Virus record (IMG/VR): IMGVR_UViG_3300048589_001057
Span: 1-64,000 of that record
DNA length: 64,000 nucleotides
DNA from: a virus
Reading direction: 5' to 3' (one strand)
Below are positions 58,551-64,000 of this stretch, one piece after another. Position numbers and translations under genes: made by a program. The notes beneath the pieces were generated by a model. That model saw only the letters and a list, made by a program, of their open reading frames with translations, had not been told where the DNA came from and did no database searches. Each line of letters starts with the position of its first letter. Positions within the stretch are counted from its first letter, which is position 1.

Positions 58551-59087
58551 ATGATTAACTCAAGACGGAAGGGTTCTAAGTCAGAGAGAATGGTTTCAAA
58601 GCTTTTTCAGGAATGGACTGGGTATGAATTTGCTAGAACCCCTGGATCAGGGGGAATGCAATGGCATAATAGGTCTCAGGTATCTGGAGATATAGTTTGC
58701 ACCGATGCCCTACATGCAACCAGGTTTGGATTTTCAGTTGAGACTAAATTCCACAAGGAAATAAATTTTGAACACCTTATTATGGGTTTGAAGGGGTCTT
58801 CTATACACAGCTTTTGGAATCAGGCTAACCGGGATGCACAAAGGGCTAAAAAAATTCCCATGCTTCTAATGAGGTACAATAGGATGCCAAAAAACTTACA
58901 TTTTATTTGTCTTCCTCAACCCTTTTTCTTGATGATTAAGGAACACCTAACTCTAGAGAATGAATACCTGATCTATTCAGGCCTAGATAGGATAGTAATA
59001 TTAAACTCCTGGGATTTTTTTAAATCTGATTACAAGATAATCCACAAACTTGCTAAAACCTTTTTAAAAAATGGGAAACTATCATAA
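58551..59087 (+). CDS. Holliday junction resolvase (PD-(D/E)xK)
   Basis: NSRRKG...ER, RTPGSGG, GDI, VETK, WNQA..DA. Confidence 0.85.
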   Translation: MINSRRKGSKSERMVSKLFQEWTGYEFARTPGSGGMQWHNRSQVSGDIVCTDALHATRFGFSVETKFHKEINFEHLIMGLKGSSIHSFWNQANRDAQRAKKIPMLLMRYNRMPKNLHFICLPQPFFLMIKEHLTLENEYLIYSGLDRIVILNSWDFFKSDYKIIHKLAKTFLKNGKLS

Positions 59088-59784
59088 ATATGTTTGGTGC
59101 GTAGCCTACATCAATAGGCCCTTTTTATCCACCATTACTCGGGATTTAGAAAAATTCGGGTATACCCAAGTAAAATCCTATATTCCAACTGTAAGGGTAC
59201 TTAGAAAACAATTTAAAAACCAGAAACATTTCGAAGAGGTACCCCTACTATTTAATTATGGGTTCTTCAGGCTAACATTTGAAGATGCCTGTAACAAGGA
59301 TTTTCTTATGCGTATGAAAGTCTCAATCCAAGGTATATATGGGTGGCTATATACCAATGAAAGTCCGGAAGTGGATGAAGATACTGGAATGTACTTTAAT
59401 AAGTTGGAAGTGGCAACTGTTAGGATAAAAGAAATAATAATGTTAAAACGGGCTTGCTTACTAAACTCTATATACTCATCTGATGATCTAAGTGGGATAT
59501 GTAAGGATGACTTTATTATTCTAAAGGGTTACCCATTTGAGAATATCCCCGCTCAGATAGTATCTATTAATGCAAAGAAGGAGCAGGTAAGAGTAAGGTT
59601 GGAATTAGGCAATGGCTCTATTTTTAATGAGGTTACGGTTGACTTTTCAAACGTATTCTATTCCATATACTCTAACTTTGATGACCCAACCTTGACTGAT
59701 ACTACATTAGAAGGCTTAAAAGATAGGTCACCAAGAGAATTCTACAAGGCTATACATAACACCCCTACTGACCATGAAAATTAA
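59071..59784 (+). CDS. NusG-family transcription factor (NGN plus KOW)
   Basis: W.VAY, YIPT.....K......EVPLLFNYGF; KOW-like DDFIILKGYPFENIPAQIVSIN. Confidence 0.8.
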   Translation: MGNYHKYVWCVAYINRPFLSTITRDLEKFGYTQVKSYIPTVRVLRKQFKNQKHFEEVPLLFNYGFFRLTFEDACNKDFLMRMKVSIQGIYGWLYTNESPEVDEDTGMYFNKLEVATVRIKEIIMLKRACLLNSIYSSDDLSGICKDDFIILKGYPFENIPAQIVSINAKKEQVRVRLELGNGSIFNEVTVDFSNVFYSIYSNFDDPTLTDTTLEGLKDRSPREFYKAIHNTPTDHEN

Positions 59785-60739
59785 TCCAGATGCCTGGGCG
59801 ATACTCAATCAGGATGAAAAACTAAGTATAAGCCTTTCTTTAGGCCATAATAAGTCTAGTTGGGAATCCGGGGAAATCATGAGTAAGTCCCATTATAAAT
59901 ACCTGGAGATAAAAGCCAGGGCCGAAAGATTTTTGAGAATGTTCACAGAGTACTTCCAAAAATACGGTGGGCTTTTCCCAGAAAAGAATAAGTCGGACCA
60001 ATTCTTCAGGGATTACTTTGAAATGTTGATTATCCAAAGGATGTCATTAAAGGCCACCATAGGAAGTATTCAGCATAGTGGGTATAAGATAAGCGGAAAA
60101 AGGGAAGTAATCCTAGAAAGCGAGATGGTTAAACTTAAATCTTCCAAGTACGCTGGGGATAGGGAACTATTTGATGTTCTACTGGAATTTGATAGGTGGA
60201 ATAATTTCAGGGTGTTACCCAAGGTACTACAACAACCCTCCGCTTTTAAAAGGAGAAACAAAACTAGGGAATTAAAACACTTAAAGAGCATAACTAATAT
60301 CCATAGCTATTCCATCAAGAAAATTCATGAAAGGTTCGCCACTAACAAATCTAATGGGGTATGTTTCTTTACCCTACTAGGAGATAACCTACCTGGTAAC
60401 TTCAAGGTGATTAAAATGGTTAACCGTTCTAAAGAGATAAAACAGATATCCAGCTTAGGATTCTTTATTTTTGAAGAAGAGGTGCAAGCTATTACTTTAG
60501 GTAAACTGGTATCAGCTTACCTATTTCCTAAGATGTCTATGGGGTTTAGCCCAGTTATTAAGGGTTTACAATTTTGGTCCAACTATAGGGAGCTAATCAG
60601 CAAGGCTATAAATTACTTAGCTGTATATAACATAATCCCAAATAGGAAATACGTTGAGGATGCCCTAATAGAACAGCAATTAAAGAAAAAGAGGATTCAA
60701 AGGGTAAAATCAGAAATTAAGGAGTTGCTAAATGATTAA
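59774..60739 (+). CDS. hypothetical protein with an N-terminal sigma region-4-like HTH
   Basis: LNQDEKLSISLSLGHNKSSWESGEIMSKS...IKARA. Confidence 0.55.
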   Translation: MKINPDAWAILNQDEKLSISLSLGHNKSSWESGEIMSKSHYKYLEIKARAERFLRMFTEYFQKYGGLFPEKNKSDQFFRDYFEMLIIQRMSLKATIGSIQHSGYKISGKREVILESEMVKLKSSKYAGDRELFDVLLEFDRWNNFRVLPKVLQQPSAFKRRNKTRELKHLKSITNIHSYSIKKIHERFATNKSNGVCFFTLLGDNLPGNFKVIKMVNRSKEIKQISSLGFFIFEEEVQAITLGKLVSAYLFPKMSMGFSPVIKGLQFWSNYRELISKAINYLAVYNIIPNRKYVEDALIEQQLKKKRIQRVKSEIKELLND

Positions 60740-60795
60740 AACGCTATTATATTTGCATAATTAATTAAATGCATAAATAATTATGGCAAACACCA
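60734..60795 (+). promoter_or_regulatory. 62-bp repeated promoter/leader cassette, copy 1
   Basis: 59/62 identical to 63923-63984; contains TATATTTG and ATGGCAAACACC. Confidence 0.85.
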
Positions 60796-60980
60796 AACCC
60801 ATACAATTGCCCAAGGGCCACTACAATTGCCCAACTTGTGGGTATCTTCCCTTACCCTCGGATTCTATCCGAAAAGAGGGGATGTACTACGATCCTGATA
60901 AAAATTCTTATCATTGGAAGGAAGTAGTGGATTGTAAAAAATGCCACACGTTATTTTCTTTTAAAAATTCAGACCAATGA
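60783..60980 (+). CDS. small zinc-ribbon protein
   Basis: CPTC...CKKC. Confidence 0.65.
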   Translation: MANTKPIQLPKGHYNCPTCGYLPLPSDSIRKEGMYYDPDKNSYHWKEVVDCKKCHTLFSFKNSDQ

Positions 60981-62158
60981 GACAGTTCACTAACCAAAAG
61001 GAAGTCTATAAGCTATCCAAAAATGGTAAAATCCAGGTACATAGGTTAGCCACCTTAGAATTGCCCAATGGGGAAGCCCAACTATATACCCAATATGGTT
61101 ACATCGATGGGGCTATGCAGGAGGATATCAAGCATTTCTCAAGGGGTAAAAATATTGGTAGAGCTAATGAAACCTCCGCTTTAGAACAGGCATTATCTGA
61201 ATTAAATTCCAAGCTAAACAAGCTATTAGATAAGGGTTATAAAAGGGATAACACTAATGGGGCTGATTTATTGGGCTTCTTAAAATCCCAGGAGGGTACA
61301 GATGCCACTGGAAGCCTAAAGCCTATGCTTGCCCAAAAAGATAAGGATAAAATCAAACTCCCAGGATACGTCCAGAGAAAGTACGATGGGGTACGGTGTT
61401 TCACATTTATAGAAAATGCCCAAATAAGGAAGGTATCACGTAATGGGAAACCTTTCCAACATTTAGGGCACTTGGATAAGGAACTTAAGGAATTAATGGA
61501 CTTAAGCCCCGGGGACTTACCCTACAAATCTTGGATAATCGATGGTGAACTATATTCCCATGAGTTATCATTCCAGCAAATAATCTCTGCCATAAAACGT
61601 GAACAGCCATCAAATGAACTCATCCAATACCGTATATATGACATGATTCCCATAGCTGATATGCGTATGGGGCAAGGTTATAGGATGAAGATAATACGCT
61701 CATGCCGGTCGGAATTTACAACCTCTGGGATATTTAAGTATCTTGAATTTAGCCCAACTCTCTGGGTTAGAACCTGGGCTAAATTTCAGGAAACATTTTC
61801 TAGGTACATACGAGAAGGTTTTGAGGGGATCATGTTTAGATCAGAGGACGGTATTTATGAATTTGGGCGTAGATCTTACTCCCTCATTAAATATAAAGAA
61901 TTCGATGAGGGGGAATTTGAAATCATGGGTGCCGAAGAGGCCACTGGTAGGGATGCAGGTACTGCTGTATTTTTATTAAAAACCGAATCCGGCCAATGGT
62001 TCAGTGCTAGGCCATTAGGTACCAGGGAAGAACGTAGAGACTATTATAATAAAAGGGCGGAATATATTGGGAAGATGGGTACTGTTAAATACCAAGGCTT
62101 ATCCGATACTGGTATTCCCAGGTTCCCAGTATTTAAAGCCATAAGAGATTACGAATAA
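60977..62158 (+). CDS. ATP-dependent DNA ligase
   Basis: PMLA, KYDGVR, DGELY, EGIMFR, KYK, G.PRFP. Confidence 0.95.
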   Translation: MRQFTNQKEVYKLSKNGKIQVHRLATLELPNGEAQLYTQYGYIDGAMQEDIKHFSRGKNIGRANETSALEQALSELNSKLNKLLDKGYKRDNTNGADLLGFLKSQEGTDATGSLKPMLAQKDKDKIKLPGYVQRKYDGVRCFTFIENAQIRKVSRNGKPFQHLGHLDKELKELMDLSPGDLPYKSWIIDGELYSHELSFQQIISAIKREQPSNELIQYRIYDMIPIADMRMGQGYRMKIIRSCRSEFTTSGIFKYLEFSPTLWVRTWAKFQETFSRYIREGFEGIMFRSEDGIYEFGRRSYSLIKYKEFDEGEFEIMGAEEATGRDAGTAVFLLKTESGQWFSARPLGTREERRDYYNKRAEYIGKMGTVKYQGLSDTGIPRFPVFKAIRDYE

Positions 62159-62175
62159 AACCAAAACCCCATAAT

Positions 62176-62694
62176 ATGGCAAGAGTACCTGAATCAGCAA
62201 TAAAAATGGTAGAGAACCTTAATTTACAGGACCTTAAAAGATCTTGCATTATCCGAGGAATCCCATTTGAAGATGTTTGTGATAAATCTGTTCTAGGATT
62301 ACAAAGCTGGTATTTGAGTCATTATGACTATCCGGTTAATCACAGTTTGCTAGAAGCCTACGACATCTGGAGTGAAGCTCTTTTACGGGAAAGGGGGGTT
62401 GACCCAACTATGATATCCCCTTACTTTAGGCTATCGGCTATTGGCATTAGAAATGCCAATGGGGAGGTAGTAAAAAGAAAGCGAGTAAAATCCTTAACCC
62501 CAAAATTCAAGCGTAAAAAGGCTAGGACTCAAGAGGGGTTATTTCAAGGAACTAAAAAGGCTTTAACTTATGCCCTTTGTAAAGAGGGCTTAGCTAAAGA
62601 AGAAGTTATAGCCAAGGTCATAGAACAATTCCCAGATGCCAAGCCAAAGAGTATTGGCATATGGTATAACCGGTCTAAAAAATCAAAGAAATAA
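62176..62694 (+). CDS. hypothetical basic protein
   Basis: 172-aa ORF in the operon. Confidence 0.7.
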   Translation: MARVPESAIKMVENLNLQDLKRSCIIRGIPFEDVCDKSVLGLQSWYLSHYDYPVNHSLLEAYDIWSEALLRERGVDPTMISPYFRLSAIGIRNANGEVVKRKRVKSLTPKFKRKKARTQEGLFQGTKKALTYALCKEGLAKEEVIAKVIEQFPDAKPKSIGIWYNRSKKSKK

Positions 62695-63170
62695 TGGCTA
62701 AAGCTACTATAAAGATCAACCTAAAACAATGGTACTTAGTGTACCTAAAACACCCAAAGGATCCCCAAGCTTTTAGAAAATCCTTTTTATTCTATGAATT
62801 AGCTGAGGAGGCAGTACGAAGACACTTTCCTCATTTGGCATTCGTAGAAATAGTGTCTGGGAAAACCCTCTTGGATGAGGGCATAAGGGTATTACCTTCA
62901 GCCTCTAATATCTGGGGAATCAGTATTACTAAATATGATTTTGGGGAAAACCTAACCCGTCGCCAAAAGGGCAGTTTAAGGCTTAAGTACCGTAGGCAAA
63001 GACGTAGGAATAAGATAAGAGAGGTATTTGATGGCCCTTTAATATTAAGTTGGAGGGAAGTGGTAAGTAGAGAGCTTGGAAAACCCATATCAGATATCCC
63101 AAAGAAGGAACTGGAAAGAATATTAAAAAGAAAAACTAAGATTTTTTACCGGGAGTTTGATGACCTCTAG
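62694..63170 (+). CDS. hypothetical basic protein
   Basis: 158-aa ORF, translationally coupled (TAATG). Confidence 0.65.
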   Translation: MAKATIKINLKQWYLVYLKHPKDPQAFRKSFLFYELAEEAVRRHFPHLAFVEIVSGKTLLDEGIRVLPSASNIWGISITKYDFGENLTRRQKGSLRLKYRRQRRRNKIREVFDGPLILSWREVVSRELGKPISDIPKKELERILKRKTKIFYREFDDL

Positions 63171-63182
63171 AACACCCCTCAA

Positions 63183-63196
63183 ACTATTAATAATAA
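63183..63196 (+). promoter_or_regulatory. phage promoter-like motif ACTATTAATAATAA
   Basis: Exact copy; implies a start at ATG 63220 for the acidic protein. Confidence 0.7.
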
Positions 63197-63219
63197 ATAA
63201 ACAACCTAAATTTAACACC

Positions 63220-63831
63220 ATGAACTTAACAAAAAAAACCATTGCCGAACAAGAAGACCTTAAAACAGGTTTTTTTAAATTAACTTTCACAGATGGCTCT
63301 TCCATCATTTGCCTCATAGCCTTGGCTGAAGAGGAGGAGGAAGAAGAGGAAGAAGTTCCGGCCAAAGCCAAAGCCAAAGCTCCTAAGGATGAGGATGAAG
63401 TCCCAGCCAAATCCAAAGCCAAAGCCAAAGCTCCTAAGGATGAGGATGAGGAAGAAGAGGAAGAAGAAGAGGATGAGGATGAGGATGAGGAAGAAGAGGA
63501 AGAAGAAGAGGATGAGGAAGAAGAGGAAGAAGAAGAGGAAGAAGAAGAGGATGAGGAGGATGAAGAAGAGGAAGAGGATGAAGAAGAAGAGGAGGAAGAA
63601 GAAGAGGAGGAAGAAGAAGAAGAGGAAGAAGAAGAAGAAGAGGATGAGGATATAACTTGGGATGATCTCAAAGGTATGGACTCTGATGAGCTCGAGGATA
63701 TCATTGATGAAGAAGATCTCTCAGTTGATCCCGAAGATTACGAGGATGATGAGGATGGCTTAAGGAAAGCTGTAGCTAAGGCTATGAAAATTGAGATTCC
63801 TGCCAAAAAGGCAAAAAAATCTAAAAAATAA
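63220..63831 (+). CDS. extremely acidic (poly-Glu/Asp) protein
   Basis: Long E/D tract, small helical C-domain and Lys tail. Start reassigned from 63157 because the promoter motif lies inside the longer ORF. Confidence 0.75.
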   Translation: MNLTKKTIAEQEDLKTGFFKLTFTDGSSIICLIALAEEEEEEEEEVPAKAKAKAPKDEDEVPAKSKAKAKAPKDEDEEEEEEEEDEDEDEEEEEEEEDEEEEEEEEEEEEDEEDEEEEEDEEEEEEEEEEEEEEEEEEEEEDEDITWDDLKGMDSDELEDIIDEEDLSVDPEDYEDDEDGLRKAVAKAMKIEIPAKKAKKSKK

Positions 63832-63848
63832 TCCCATCTACTCCCTCT

Positions 63849-63884
63849 ATAAGGGGGCCTTCCAAGGTCCCCTTATTTCTTTTT
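63849..63884 (+). terminator. intrinsic terminator
   Basis: ATAAGGGG...CCCCTTAT then TTCTTTTT. Confidence 0.75.
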
Positions 63885-63922
63885 AGGGTTCGGAAATTAA
63901 AGAAATTAAAAGGTTGCATGGG

Positions 63923-63984
63923 GATTAAAACGCCCTTATATTTGCATTATTAATTAAATGCATAAATAATTATGGCAAACACCA
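63923..63984 (+). promoter_or_regulatory. 62-bp repeated promoter/leader cassette, copy 2
   Basis: Near-identical to 60734-60795; leads into an ORF starting at 63972 that runs off the window. Confidence 0.85.
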
Positions 63985-64000
63985 CCAAAAACTCCATTAA

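Noticed and set aside
63123-63704. Poly-Ser minus-strand ORF and the poly-Lys/Arg ORF at 63389-63655
   Set aside because: Shadow frames of the GAR-repeat acidic gene.
1-64000. Stop-codon reassignment as seen in some Bacteroidota phages
   Set aside because: Core genes are full length and densely packed under the standard code.
1-64000. Prophage or host chromosomal context
   Set aside because: No integrase, att site or host housekeeping gene cluster is visible; the RecA, PolA, GroES and NusG homologs are divergent and embedded in phage operons.

Overview
A 64 kb segment of a contractile-tailed dsDNA phage genome. The host is probably Bacteroidota, based on TAnnTTTG promoter elements, A-rich leaders without Shine-Dalgarno sites and a Bacteroidota-style DGR. 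No integrase is visible in the window. Layout: very AT-rich small ORFs (1-1016); a minus-strand accessory operon with a permuted NlpC/P60-like protein, a tRNA-like element, a GroES homolog, an amidase and a pyrimidine-dimer glycosylase; a divergent C5 DNA methyltransferase; a packaging/head/tail/baseplate module (5.8-39.8 kb); a sigma-like regulator; and a replication/nucleotide/recombination module (40.6-63.8 kb) with PolA, intein-bearing RecA, SbcCD, resolvase, a NusG paralog and ligase. Main points of interest: (1) a diversity-generating retroelement with intact VR/TR (14 of 15 mismatches at TR adenines) whose reverse transcriptase is reduced to a 24-codon stub, nested between two copies of an uncharacterised two-gene cassette that splits the head operon; (2) two tandem thymidylate-synthase-fold genes, both with the Asp (dCMP-type) specificity residue, clustered with dNTP pyrophosphatases, dCMP deaminase, PolA and a kinase, suggesting an uncharacterised pyrimidine modification or alternative dTMP pathway; (3) a 136-nt tRNA-like RNA with no canonical anticodon arm; (4) a recurrent phage promoter motif with candidate sigma-like and NusG-like regulators; (5) an LRR-solenoid baseplate protein. 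All calls come from manual motif reading; no database searches were run.
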